From: Octopus vulgaris
Lineage: Eukaryota
Direction: 5' to 3'
DNA length: 64,000 bases
Assembly (NCBI GenBank): GCA_951406725.2
Contig: OX597825.1
Coordinates: forward strand, 76,384,001 to 76,448,000
The notes under the pieces are model-generated. The model did no database searches and had not been told where the DNA came from. It worked only from the letters and a program-made list of their open reading frames with translations. A program made the position numbers and the translations under genes. Positions 38,728 to 56,594 of the stretch are shown one piece after another. The stretch's first letter is position 1, and each line of letters opens with the position of its first letter.

Positions 38728-39064
38728 GATGAATATGGTACTTAAGTTGAGGCACCAGAATTTAGCAGAGAGTGAAGTGGAGGAATGAAAATAGATGTGA
38801 GATATGCAGGGATATTGCATCTGTAGATCCATTATTTAGGCAGAATGGTATACATATAAGATTCCAATACCTTGTGAGTAAATTCCAATAGTATTTGAAA
38901 TTGGTCGTTCCAAGTATAGAGTTTGTACACAGTAGTATTGAACTGAGAGTTTTATTTAAAGTAACCTAAAAGTAGGGAATGTATTTCTAAGGTCAACTCA
39001 AAAACAGGAAGAGAGGAATAAAGAAAAGAAAAAAGAAAAAAGAAATATACCCTATACTCTTTCA

Positions 39065-39160
39065 GACTGGGCCTGGTGCAGCCTTCTGGCTTCTCAGACC
39101 CCAGTTGAACCGTCCAACCCATGCTAGCATGGAAAGCGGACGTTAAACAATGATGATGAT
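39065..39160 (+). mobile_element. RTE extreme 3' end
   Basis: ccaacccatgctagcatggaaagcggacgttaaac(GAT)n. Confidence 0.8.
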
Positions 39161-39654
39161 ATACCACACATACAGATATATTTCTCCCTATATAATATAT
39201 GTGTGTGTTTGTGTGCATATGTGTGTGTGTAATAGTAAGAGGAGAAAATGTGGGCATTGTTTGGTGCTCCTTTATTCCATTTGTTACATATGATTCAGTA
39301 TTCAGTAATACATGATGTCACACTACAAATGCAACCAATAGAAGCAGCTTAGAGAGCAAGCATGGAGCAAATGTATCATCAGAAAATCGACAAAGAAATA
39401 CAAGTTGGAGACAAGCAGCAACCAAAATTTATACACACTGGAGGCATATCCCAGAGGAGGAGGGGAGGAAGGAAAAGGTAAGTAGGTAAGCCAACTAAGA
39501 TAATCACAGGTGGACTGGTGTTAGAAGGGGTGGAGTTACTCACTGGATAAGAAAGGGCCTTTAATCAATTCTAATTGACCATGTTAGGGAGGTAGCAGCT
39601 GGCGAAATAAATTAGTACATGTGTGTGTGTGTGTGTGTGTGTACATACATATAC

Positions 39655-39815
39655 AATGGGCTTCTTTCAGTTTCTGTCTATCAAATCCACTCACAATACT
39701 CTGGTCAGCCTAGGGCTATAATAGAAGACATTTGCCCAAGGTGTTGTGCAGTGGAACTGAACCTGAAACCAGATAGTTGGGAAGCAAACTTCTTAATAAA
39801 ACAGCTATACCTGCA
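39655..39815 (-). mobile_element. Old SINE head
   Basis: Matches 32765-32922. Confidence 0.65.
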
Positions 39816-40049
39816 TCTATATCATCATCGTGACCATCGTTATTATCACATCTTTTTTTCCCCGCGGACATGGTTTCAACAGAATGTGTTGAGATAGATT
39901 TTCTAGGCCTGATGTTCTTCCTGTCACCAACCCTTGCCTAGTTCCAAGGAAGGTCGTATTTCTTTATGGTCTGACATATTTTCACAGTAGACTGGAAGTG
40001 AAAGGTTTTTTGACTTTTCCATAATGTCAATATAAAGAGAGACATACAT

Positions 40050-40398
40050 ACATACATGATGGCTGCCCTTTCATTATCGAGTATGGCCATTGCATGAAGC
40101 TTAACTGTTATTGGTGCTGTGAACGAATGTGACTTTTTAGCCCAGCTAAAGATCTACAATGTCTTGTACAGAATTGGCAGCTAAAACATTTACCGGTAAT
40201 AGCCGGCTGTAGTTGTAACTGGGCTTCATGTACCTTTGCATGTCGTTTAAGTCCTCCTGCTGAATTACACTCTCTTCCACATAACTGACAGGTATTATTA
40301 GAATGGTGTGTAGCACCACCACCAGTGGCCAGGTTGTCACTCATCTGTCTCGCTTTATGACTACGAAGATGACTCTTGAGTTCAGCTTTACTGAAGCA
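40050..40398 (-). mobile_element. C2H2 zinc-finger-encoding segment, probably the 3' end of an RTE/BovB-like LINE
   Basis: ...SKAELKSHLRSH...CQLCGRECNSAGGLKRHAKVH...CQFCTRHCRSLAGLKSHIRSQH, then a short UTR and (ATGT)n tail; bounded by microsatellite at both ends. Confidence 0.65.
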
Positions 40399-40478
40399 TA
40401 CATACATACATACATACATACATACATACATACATACATACATACACACACATACATGCATGCAAACATACATGCATG

Positions 40479-40513
<35 letters not shown>

Positions 40514-41499
40514 CCATACACATACATTTATTGAAAATAATAATGAAGGTAGAACAAATAAAGTATTTCTTCCTTGTTTTATTGATATACAGGTAAAGAA
40601 AACCTTCAAGTTTTCCAATGAAATTAACTATGAAGTAAAAAAAAATTTTAATGTTATAATGTATAAGAAATTCCGTCAAACACTTGAGAATGGTTTGTTT
40701 CTGGAGTATTCTACATTCTTTGACTTTATTTAATCTTATTTCAATCCATTTCAGTTCCTTTCTTTTCTGATTCTGTATATCAATAGACCAAAGAATTCCT
40801 TCATTCTCTCTTGTTAATCTTATTATTATTACCAATATATTATTCTGTATCCTACCATCATCATAATTGTCAGGTCTTTAGTAGAAGACACTTGCCCAAG
40901 GTACCACATGGAGGGACTGAACACCATGCTATGCACTTGGAAACCTGTTTTAAAATTGAAAATCTGTATTCATGATTGAATATTCAATATCTGACTCCCA
41001 CCAGAACATTTTTGGTCTATATCCTGTTGCAGGAATATCCTTGAGCAAGGCACTTCACTAATCTCATTTCACTCTCCTCCCCACCCTCCCTCACTCTTTC
41101 TTTTTCAAGGTCTTCATACTTCATTTAGACATTCAAATGACTCCAGTTTCAATCATACTAAATAAGGAATATAATATACATCAAAGATCCTGTATGGAAA
41201 GACAGAGACACTTGTGTCTCATTTCAATGACATCATATCACATGGTACTTATATTGAGGCACTTCATCATGACACAATACAAGGAAGTCTTGTACTGATT
41301 CATGGCATTGTTGAAACACTACACTCCTTTCATTTCAATCCTCCAATTTGTTTCCTTCTAACAATCACCAATTTCACATCATCTACATATGTGTATGTAA
41401 CTATGTATGTATATGTACGCAGGCACAGACATAAGCAACATCTGCATACATGTAAATACATGCATAAATATGTGCCTACATGAATATAAACATGTATAC

Positions 41500-42525
41500 A
41501 TGCACCATTTTGACGACATCTTAAAAGCATTGGGAGAACACTGACGTCATATACCTTGATGTCAGTAAGGCATTTGACGGAGTGGACCACAAAATCCTGC
41601 TGAAGAAACTGTCCAACACTGGAGTCCGTAGAAAGCTGTTGCAATGGATAAAGTGTTTCTTGATGAATAGAAGCCAACATGTTGTGTTTGAGAGAATAGG
41701 ATCCAGCTTAGCTAAAGTCAATAGTGGTATCCCACAAGGTACTGTGTTGGGCCCACTCCTCTTCATTATTTACATCAACGACATAGTAGATGTCATCAAA
41801 CATTCTACATTGAAAATCTTTGCAAATGATTCCAAACTCCAGAAAGCCATAAGCAGCATAGGAGACCAAGCATGACTTCAGTCAGATCTGTTTGCTATTG
41901 TCCAATGGGCAGAAAAAAACAATATGCTTCTAAATGAAGATAAGTTTGATTTGATCCAATTTAGAAAAGAGGAGACTCTGAAATTACCATATGCTCTTCA
42001 CTCAGGTGACTCCCTAGTGTCATCCAACAACACCAGAGACCTTGGAGTAATTGTTGATAACAACCTAAGCTGGAGTTCCCACATAAACATCAAGGTTGAC
42101 TTGGCCTGCAAGATGTGCTCCAGGATTCTGAGAACTTTCCAGTCTAGAGATGCCTATACCATCATCCTTCTCTACTCTCCTTTGCTTGACCCCCCCAGCT
42201 TGAATACTGTTGTCCACTGTGGTCCCCCCATATGAAGCAACTCATTATGAAAATAGAAGCACTCCAGAGGTCAATAACAAGAATGATAGACAGCATGAGA
42301 GGCATTGATTATTGGGGTCGACTAAAAAACTCAGTCTCTACTCTCTACAATGCCGCCGAGAGCGCTACATCATTTGTGTTATGTGGAAAATATTCCATCA
42401 ATATTGCACAAATGATGTTGGCATCAGTTTTAAAATCCTTCCAAGACTTGGCCCATATGCTATCCATCCACTACAAAAATGGAACCCGGTACTGCCAGGG
42501 TTCGCTAGTACTTTCGCTTTGTAGA
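41500..42525 (+). mobile_element. CR1/L2-type LINE RT fragment
   Basis: YLDVSKAFDGVDH...GIPQGTVLGPLLFIIYIND...FANDSKL...RDLGVIVDNNLSW. Confidence 0.88.
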
Positions 42526-42782
42526 TGATCCTTCTGGTTTGCAATGTAAGTGTGCATGAATGATAAAGTACAAATGTATTGAGAGAAAAATTGGGCATAA
42601 GAGGAATCAGATGTAGTCTACAAGAGAGAAGATTGCAGTGGCATATACCAAGAATGTATAGGGATCTGGACAATTGTATGAAGTAGTGTGTGCTGATCTC
42701 TAAATGGTTCCATCAGAAAAGAATTATCCAGAAAAATATAGAAGAAATTAGTGAAAGCTGATCATAGGAGTTTGAACCTCAC

Positions 42783-42814
<32 letters not shown>

Positions 42815-42816
<2 letters not shown>

Positions 42817-43118
42817 CCAGAACAGCCAACATAAAAGGGCACCATTCAAGCATGATCGTTACCAACGTCGCCTTACTGGCACCTGTGTGTAAAAAGATTC
42901 GAGCAATGTCGTTGGTAGTACCGCCTGACTGGCCCCCGTGCCGGTGGCATGTAAAAAGCACCCACTACACTCTTGGAGTGGTTGGCATTAGGAAGCACAT
43001 CCAGCTATAGAAACTCTGCCAAATCAAGATTGGAGCCTGGTGCAGCCATCTGGTTCGCCAGCCCTCAGTCAAAATCGTCCAACCCATGCTAGCATGGAAA
43101 GCAGACGATGATGATGAT
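42815..43118 (+). mobile_element. RTE 3' UTR
   Basis: Family UTR and (GAT)n tail. Confidence 0.8.
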
Positions 43119-43193
43119 ATACACACACACACACACACACATATGTATATATATACATACATAGATACATACATACATACATACATACATACA

Positions 43194-43225
<32 letters not shown>

Positions 43226-43234
43226 CATACATAT

Positions 43235-44235
43235 TAAAGCATTTGATGTTAAACGCTTTAATACAAAGTCAAGATATTCCAGGCCCTTTTTTGAGAGCTC
43301 CTTTATGCTGATGATGTAGTTCTCATTGCTCACACTGAGGAGGACATGCAGGCTATATTGGGTCTCTTCTCTAGGGCTTGTATTGCTTTTGGACTTACTA
43401 TAGTCTAAAGAAAACAAACATCATGTTCTCTCAGCCACCAGGCTAACTCTATGTGGAATCTAACATCTTCATACAGGTTATAAGATTAGATGTCGTTCAC
43501 TCATTCATCTACCTTGGCAGCACTGTCTCTAAATATGGATCCCTTGATTCTAAAATAAACCTGAGAATTGAAAAAGCCAGCAAAGTGATAGAGGTATCAC
43601 CTTCAAAACCGAGCTTAATATCTATGAGTTTTGTATTTTAACAGTCCTCCTGTACTCTTCTGAGACCTGGACAACATATCGGTGCCACATCAAGGCTTTA
43701 GAAAGATTTCATGAGACTTACCTAAGGAGGATACTAGACATGAAATGGAAGTTTTTAACACCAGATACTTTTATTCTTCAGCAAGGTAACACATCCTGTA
43801 TTGAAATGATCCTCATACACAATCAGATGCTTTGGGTTGGGCACCTTGCTAGGATGCAGGATGACAGGTTGCCAAAGCAGTTGTTGTACACGGAGTTGCA
43901 GCGTGGAAAACGTCTGAGAGATAAACCTAAGAAACATTTTTGGGATGCTGTCAAAAGCAACCTTAAGGCTCTTAATGTGAAAGTTGAAAACTGGGAGCAG
44001 ATAACACAAGATTGATCAGTTTGGAAACAAATGATCTTCAATAAATGTAAAGCATTTGAAGCTAGAAAAATTGAAAAGTCTATCTTGAAATGAGCACTTC
44101 ATAGACAGGGCTTCACTACAATAATATTTGTAAGATCTGCAGTAGAGTTTGTGAGCAGGACTTGCTAGTCATATAAGATATCTCATGACAGTATTTAGTA
44201 ATTGACGAGATGGCCTTCCTCTGTAAAGAATTGCA
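43235..44235 (+). mobile_element. BovB-like RTE LINE fragment
   Basis: ELLYADDVVLIAHTEEDMQ, FIYLGST, LLYSSETW, LWVGHLARMQDDRLPKQLLY. Confidence 0.88.
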
Positions 44236-44298
<63 letters not shown>

Positions 44299-44676
44299 CT
44301 AGGTATTAAATAACCACCTAAGGGGTATCAAATATCTGAAGAATTTACTGGTTTTTTCTACCTATACCAATAACAATGTTATGAACTATTGCTCTTAACA
44401 AATAGGTAAATAAATAAATAAACATAGAGTTTATCAATATATAAATATAAATTAGAAATGGAAACCAAAACAAGAAATTAGCATAAATAGCAATAAAATA
44501 GCAACTAAAATTCTTATTATTGCTAACGCTTTCCCAAAAAACGCTTTTTGAGAGCAAGCTTAATCATAAATAAATAATCTAACTGAAATTTCTAAATTTA
44601 AATCTATTAGTATCTAGTTCTATATATGTATGTAAATCAAAGAAATCAACCCCAGGACTTATTCCTTGCAAGCCTC

Positions 44677-44727
<51 letters not shown>

Positions 44728-44872
44728 ATGGTAAATACATAACAAAATGCAAAATTGCTTTGGCATTAGAACTCTGAGTGGCCAAACCTGCATTTACAAA
44801 ATTATAAAGGAAGGAGAAACACACAGAAATAAATAGTGAAAATGATTTGAGAAAAGTTGATCAATGACTTAC

Positions 44873-44939
44873 ATTTCTGTCTCCAACAATTTGTCCCTTG
44901 CTTCCTTGTTCCCCTCTTTTTTATGTATATCTTGTAAAT
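44873..44939 (-). CDS. Candidate exon (67 bp), (D)LQDIHKKEGNKEARDKLLETE
   Basis: ...tacag| acceptor with a weak pyrimidine tract, consensus donor gtaagt, purine-rich open frame. Confidence 0.4.
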
Positions 44940-45794
44940 CTGTACTTGTTAAGATATATATACATATATATACATGTGGATCTCCTTCTGTCTCTTTCTC
45001 TCTCAGCTTTGAATGAATTAATAAACTATGTATGTGTGTATATGTGTTTGTGTGTGTGTGTATAATTAGTGAGAAGATCATAAATTCTGAAAAAAGCACA
45101 CTCTAAAATACTTTAGAGCAGCTATAATTTATATAGTTGTTGGTTATAACTTATATGCAATATATGCAGGTAGATATCAATTGAAAATACAATAAAGAAT
45201 ATAATGATAAAAAATTTTCTGAAAAGAAGAAATAATTTTGAAACTAAGAGAGAAACAAACAGATAGGAACAGTCAAGCAGTTGTATGTAATTGTGAATGT
45301 TTGCAAATGAATGAGAACAAAATTTTGTTAGTTGAGGTGAGGCAACACTTGATTCAACAGTCAGCTACTTATAAATTTGTCATGTTATGTCTAATACAAA
45401 AGGCATGTAGCACAAAACGGAAAAAGGAAAAATAGGATGATGTTTATAAATTGTTCTAGAGATGAACTGTTAGATGTACACACATATAAATAGATAGAAA
45501 TATATGAACACATACATACATACACCAAAAGCAATATCTCACATGCACATTCTCACACTCAAACAATGACATTCAAACATAAACAATTATACACTAACCC
45601 ACACCCACACTTACACTCACACTAAAACACTCATATACTCACTCATACTCAGCTACTAAGCACACATGCACATAAACACATGCACACATACACAAAAGCA
45701 CACACACAAACACACATGTGTACCTTTTCTACTGCTAAAAGAAATAATGTATACATGCATATATGTGTGTGTGTGTGTGCATATACGTATATAC

Positions 45795-46245
45795 ACATTG
45801 GGTTGTCAGATAAATTCATCTCTTTCTTCCCAATGTTATTTGAATTAACACAAAAAGTATCTTTATTGCAGTGTTTGTCAGTCTTTTGTGGCTCTATTCT
45901 TCTTATGGTCATCATTTTTGAAATTTGAATAAACTTCACTTCTTTTCTGACATATGATGATGGAGCACCAAGTACAGAAAAAGTTGAGGATTTTTGACCC
46001 TGCTTCTCTAAATTTTCATTTAAAATTCCAAAGCAGCTAAAGCCACTCATATGGAGAAAGTGCTATTACTGATAAAACTGCACAGAAATGATTTTCACAC
46101 TTCAAGGTGCAGTGGGAGGGGAACCTCACAGACGCTCCATATTATGGCCAACATGTTCAGTTGAATGATGACTGATTCAACAAGCTCATCTGTAAGGATC
46201 CATGCCAATCCATTTGGGAAATTGCCCAGTAGATGGAATGCTCTC
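45795..46245 (+). mobile_element. Truncated mariner transposon (5' TIR plus HTH region)
   Basis: attgggttgtcagataaattc TIR-like start; YGESAITDKTAQK*FSHFK...LTDAP..G....NDD...LI.KDP.QS. Confidence 0.7.
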
Positions 46246-46396
46246 CTAATACACACACACACACACAGACACACACACACATGCACCTCATATACATACA
46301 TACATACCCACACAAATATATATATATGAAATAAAATTATTAAACACATTTGTTTTCAGAATATTCTCGTTCTCATATATATAGATGTTTGACTGA

Positions 46397-46475
<79 letters not shown>

Positions 46476-46529
46476 TGTTTGTATGTGTATGCATATGTGT
46501 GTGTGTATATATAAATAAAGAGAGAGGGA

Positions 46530-46985
46530 GCGGCACGTTTATATGGTGGTATATATTCGGTATCTTAAAGAAGAGTTTCCCTTCAGTTCTCTTTCTTCTA
46601 TACAGAGATGACGCTCAAGCATCTCTGGAGGGGCTAACCTCCGCACCTCTGAAAGGCCTAATTAGCACATTTAGCAGCGTGGGGCTCAAAATTACGACCG
46701 CGATTAACTTCGCCGTTGTAAACTTTTTAGATCCTACCTAAGACCTTCTCTCTCAATGTTAAAACCTGTGTGAGAAGAATATTCCTTTGATTGTTGGACA
46801 AACGCTTCTCTCACACACAAAAATCCGGACGTTTGTTCATTAATTTTATTTTCTGGACAATAAAAAGATGAAAACATGGACCATGCCGAGATATAACAAT
46901 ATCTGTTTCAACACACGATTTCACATCAGGAATTTTACAAACCAAACACATAAACGTTTTATTGTGAAGCTCTTGGATTTATAAA
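46530..46985 (+). mobile_element. Ancient Penelope RT remnant, present in each array unit (also ~50235, 53520, 56910)
   Basis: LYRDD...GLKIT...VNFLD.TLDL and PRYNNICFN...KRFIVKLLD. Confidence 0.7.
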
Positions 46986-47221
46986 TGAACCCCTGAACTT
47001 TGAATCTCTGAGAGAACGGGATAGCCATGCTCCTTCCATTATATCCTTATCTAGGAGAATGGAATGTGCTTTTAAATGAAAATAATGGAGAATTTAAAAA
47101 GGAACATTAACTTTAAATCATGTAAAATAAATTCGTATATATAGGGGAATTTCCACGTGTGCTGCTGGTCTATATATTTATGGGTTAAGGTAAAATTTGT
47201 TGACGGAAAAGAGAACAGAGG

Positions 47222-47252
<31 letters not shown>

Positions 47253-47253
47253 G

Positions 47254-47300
<47 letters not shown>

Positions 47301-47314
47301 GAGAGAGAGAGAGA

Positions 47315-47507
47315 ACGTAAGGGAAGTTGTTTACTGAACGGAACAGCGGACAATTCCGTTTATCTCCTATGCTTCGTCTTTTTTTCAAAATTCTATTTGA
47401 GCCGTCATTTAGCGCATGTGCTTTAGTGAATCGATTGTCGTCTGCTTACTGAGAACTTATAAAATATGTCCAACAACTCATGTCAAAATAGCAAGAGAAA
47501 GGTAAGG
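47315..47507 (+). promoter_or_regulatory. Putative promoter plus first exon ending at a splice donor (also ~51055-51246, 54290-54483, 57660-57851)
   Basis: CpG-enriched; GGAAGT/CGGAA, TGTTTAC, AGCGCATGYGCT; aaaatATG-SNNSCQNSKRK then AAG|gtaagg. Confidence 0.45.
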
Positions 47508-49150
47508 CGTTTTTATAGTATTTTTTTCTTTCAAATGACCGTATTGAGATTTGTTATAAATCTACTAAAGTAGGAAGAAATAATATAGATAATGTGTTTG
47601 ATTTTGTGCTTTACATAAAATGAAAAATAACAGATAAATCACAAAGTAGAAGATATGAGAATATAGAATCTTTCAGAGATGTTGCATCTTGAGATTGCAC
47701 ATTTAATATTACTTGTATAGAATTTTATATCCTTTCACGGGTCTTATGGTTCAGAAAAATATACATTTCCTTCTTGCAATTTTCAAAATAGTCGTCGAGT
47801 TTCCACAGGGTACTAGTAGTTTAATAATTACCTATCAAATGACAGTCTTCATTATAGGGAGGTGTGTGGGCTCAATGTGGAGTTTCTGCTGCATTTTTGA
47901 CTTTGAAACAAAATATATTTTTTACAAATGTTCACTACCTTACAAAAAGTATATCAGCTAATTGAACGGAATTTGCTATATGCATTAGGAGTATTATAAC
48001 AGAATCTGGTTATTATTTCAGAAATTTCATTCCCACTTTCTTTGGGTCCGTAAAAGACAAATTTGTTTGTAGCAGAATGAAGAAGATACGATAATGTAAA
48101 TTTGCCGCAGATATTTTATTAGAAACCTCAATTACAGTCTGGTCAAAACCGAGGAAAAATTCCTTGAAAAAAAGTACATTTCGACTGACTACATTTGGGA
48201 CTCTCTCAACTTTAATAACAAAACGTATGCTGACCAATTTTCATTTCTAAAGATGACCCTTCAATACAAAATGATGAAGTAATACTTGCAGTGTAAAGGG
48301 TTTAAACATGCAGAGAGAAAATATCGAGAAATCAGAAGTTACTAATTCTACCCTGGTTACTAATTTCCCTTTCCTCATTTTTACGAATGTGTTTAAAATA
48401 TCAGTTAATGTTATTGTGTTGAGCAGTTTTGTCATTGGTAAAATCTATTGCAGTTATGCAAATGAGGAATTTCTTTAAATTAATTTTAATTCAGTATTCT
48501 TATTTTAAAACTTTGTAGCTGTCGGTTATTTCCAAATTAAGCGTTATATAATTCTAATAAGGCTATATTAAAATTAGTGTACAACACATCTCTAACATTG
48601 CTTGATACAAACTTACACTCTGGCAGAAGTGTACCTTCCTCATTATTCGTTAAACAACTCCAATCGAGATACACACAACAAGCAAGGTCTTTATGCATAA
48701 ACAAACTATTGATCGTACACAAGATATGCCACTTTTTAAATTGTAAAATATTTAATAGTAGAACGAAACAAACACGGCGAAGTTTCAGATCTGCACGCGA
48801 CTTAATTTAGATATTCTCCGATTTGACGGAGATTTTGTGAATTTTTTTGTTTCGTCACGACTTTCGAAACGAGAGAGTGGGAGGTGCATCTGTTTATGGA
48901 AAATAATTTCAGCAAATTCAAGATCTTTTTCACCTCCACCCCATCGCTCACTCCTTCAGACAGATTTTGACCAATTCTTTTGGCACGAAAATCCATGTGA
49001 AAGGCTTTGATCTTCCTTTCTTTTTCTCCGTTGCTCTCTTAAAGATTTGTCTGTTTAATAGAAGAGAGATAACTCTGACATTTACTTATTAGCTTCACGT
49101 CCCTTGGTTACTATTTTCTTGCAATAAAACGCAAAGTGAGTCATTAGTCA

Positions 49151-49233
<83 letters not shown>

Positions 49234-49450
49234 AGGATTAGAGGACAAAGGGAATAGGAGTGGATGGAAGTCAGAGACGTTGAAGGCAGGCAGACAGCAT
49301 TCAAAGGTTTTCTTCTGAAGATACGGATATTCCAATCAAAATAAAACTGCAAATTTGTATCGTAAATTATATATAGTCTATCAGATTCACCCGCACACAC
49401 ACGCACACACACACACACACACGCACACACACACACACACGCACACACAC

Positions 49451-53180
<3,730 letters not shown>

Positions 53181-53307
53181 CATACACACATATACACCTC
53201 ATATACATACATACCAGCACAAATATATATATATAAAATAGAATTATTAAACACATTTGTTTTCAGAATATTCTCGTTCTCATATATATATAATGTTGTT
53301 TGACTGA

Positions 53308-53382
<75 letters not shown>

Positions 53383-53467
53383 TGTATGTATGTGTATGCA
53401 TATGTATGTATGTATTTATGTAGTTATGTAAGTATTTATGTAGTTATGTATGTATGTATGTGTATGC

Positions 53468-53498
<31 letters not shown>

Positions 53499-54209
53499 AA
53501 GAGAGAGATAGAGATGGAGGGGCACGCTTATAGGGTGGTATATATTCGGTATCTTGAACATTTTCCCATCAGTTTTCTTTCTTCTATACAGAGATGACAC
53601 TCAAGCACCTCTGGAGGGGCTAACCTCCGCACCTCTGAAAGACCTAATTAGCACACTTAGCAGCGTGGGGCTCAAAATTACAACCACGGTTAACTTCACC
53701 GTTGTAAAGTTTTTAGATGCTACCTTAGACCTTCTTTCTCAATGTTAAAACCTGTGTGAGAAGAATATTCCTTTGATTGTTGGACAAACGCTTCTCTCAC
53801 TCACAAAAATCCGGACGTTTTGTCAGTAATTTTATTGTCTGGACAATAAAAAAATGAAAAAAGTGGACCACACCGAGATATAACAATATCTGTTTCAACA
53901 CACGATTTCACATCAGGAATTTTACAAACCAAACACGTAAACGTTTCATTGTGAAGCTCTTGGATTTATAAATGAACCTCTGAACTTTGAATCTCTGAGA
54001 GAACGGGATAGTCATTCTCTTTCCATTATATCCTTATCTAGGAGAATGGAATGTGCTTTTAAATGAAAATAATGGAGAATTTAAGAAGGAACATTAACTT
54101 TAAATCATGTAAAAAAATTCGTATATATAGGGGAAATTCCACGTGTGCTGCTGGTCTATATATTTATGGGTTAAGGTAAAATTTGTTAACGGAAAAGAGA
54201 AGAACAGAG

Positions 54210-54249
<40 letters not shown>

Positions 54250-56124
54250 GAGAGTGAGAGAGAGAGAGAGAGAGGGGGGAGACAGAGGGAACGTAAGGGA
54301 AGTTGTTTACTGAACGGAACAGCGGACAATGCTGTTTATCTCCTATGCTTCGTCTTTTTTTCAAATTTCTATTTGAGCCGTCATTTAGCGCATGCGCTTT
54401 AGTGAATCAATTGTCGTCTGCTTACTGAGAACTTATAAAATATGTCCAACAACTCATGTCAAAATAGCAAGAGAAAGGTAAGGCGTTTTTATAGTATTTT
54501 TTTTCTTTCATATGACCGTATTGAGATTTGTTATAGATCTACTAAAGTAGGAAGAAATAATATAGATAATGTGTTTGATTTTTTCTTAACATAAAATGAA
54601 AAATAACAGATAAATCACAAAGTAGAAGATATGAGAATATAGAATTTCTCAGAGATGTTGCATCTTGAGATTGCACATTTAATATTACTTGTATAGAATT
54701 TTATATCCTTTCACGGGTCTTATGGTTCAGAAAAATATACATTTCCTTCTTACAATTTTCAAAATAGTCGTCGAGTTTCCACAGGGTACTAGTAGTTTAA
54801 TAATTACCTATCAAATTACAGTCTTCATTATAGGGAGGTGTGTGGGCTCAATGTGGAGTTTCTGCTGCAGTTTTGACTTTGAAACAAAATATATTTTTTA
54901 CAAATGTTCACTACCTTACAAAAAGTATATCAGCTAATTGAACGGAATTTGCTATATGCATTAGGAGTATTATAACAGAATCTGGTTATTATTTCAGAAA
55001 TTTCATTCCCACTTTCTTTGGGTTCGTAAAAGACAAATTTGTTTGTAGCAGAATGAAGAAGATACGATAATGTAAATTTGCCGCAGATATTTTATTAGAA
55101 ACCTCAATTACAGTCTGGTCAAAACCGAGGAAAAATTCCTTGAAAAATAGTACATTTCGACTGAGTACCTTTGGGACTCTCTCAACTTTAATAACAAAAC
55201 GTATGCTGACCAATTTTCATTTCTAAAGATGACCCTTCAATACAAAATGATGAAGTAATACTTGCAGTGTAAAGGGTTTAAACATGTAGAGAGAAAAGTA
55301 TCGAGAAATCAGAAGTTACTAATTCTACCCTGGTTACTAAATTTCCCTTTCCTCATTTTTACGAATGTGTTTAAAATATCAGTTAATGTTATTGTGTTGA
55401 GCAGTTTTGTCATTGGTAAAATCTATTGCAGTTATGCAAATGAGGAATTTCTTTAACTTAATTTTTAATTCAGTATTCTTATTTAAAACTTTGTAGCTGT
55501 CGGTTATTTCCAAATTAAGCGTTATAAAATTCTAAAAAGGCTATATTAAAATTAGTGTACAACACATCTCACATTGCTTGATACAAACTTACACTCTGGC
55601 TGAAGTGTACCTTCCTCATTATTCGTTAAACAACTCCAATCGAGATACACACAACAAGCAAGGTCTTTATGCATAAACAAACTATTGATCGTACACAAGA
55701 TATGCCACTTTTTAAATTGTAAAATATTTAATAGTAGAACGAAACAAACACGGCGAAGTTTCAGATCTGCACGCGACTTAATTTAGATATTCTCCGATTT
55801 GACGGAGATTTTGCGAATTTTTTGTTTCGTCACGACTTTCGAAAAGAGAGAGTGGGAGGTGCATCTGTTTATGGAAAATAATTTCTGCAAATTCAAGATC
55901 TTTTTCACCTCCACCCCATCGCTCACTCCTTCAGACAGATTTTGGCCAATTCTTTTGGCACGAAAATCCATGTGAAAGGCTTTGATCTTCCTTTCTTTTC
56001 TCCGTTGCTCTCTTAAAGATTTGTCTGTTTAATAGAAGAGAGATAACTCTGACATTTACTTATTAGCTTCACGTCCCTTGGTTACTATTTTCTTGCAATA
56101 AAACGCAAAGTGAGTCATTGGTCA

Positions 56125-56200
<76 letters not shown>

Positions 56201-56385
56201 ATTAGAGGACAAAGGGAATAGGAGTGGATGGAAGTCAGAGACGTTGAAGGCAGGCAGACAGCATTCAAAGGTTTTCTTCTGAAGATACGGATATTCTAAT
56301 CAAAATAAAACTGCAAATTTGTATCGTAAATTATATATAGTCTATCAGATTCACACGCACACACACACACGCGCGCGCGCATGCA
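53181..56385. repeat. Tandem array unit 3 (type A)
   Basis: Direct similarity; lacks the insertion. Confidence 0.95.
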
Positions 56386-56526
56386 CACATATGCATCGCA
56401 TATACATACATACCCACACAAATATTTATATATGAAATAAAATTATTAAACACATTTGTTTTCAGAATATTCTCGTTTTCATATATATAGATGTTGTTTG
56501 ACTGAGAATATGTATGTATGTATATG

Positions 56527-56594
<68 letters not shown>

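Larger units (their letters stand above)
46270..49450. repeat. Tandem array unit 1 (type A, ~3.2 kb)
   Basis: Near-identical to units 2-4 over ~2.8 kb of non-microsatellite sequence. Confidence 0.95.

Noticed and set aside
47713-48996. Short ORFs repeated in all array units, suggesting a tandem receptor or ZNF gene family
   Set aside because: Their recurrence reflects recent DNA duplication; frames are short, discontinuous, on both strands and lack recognisable domains.
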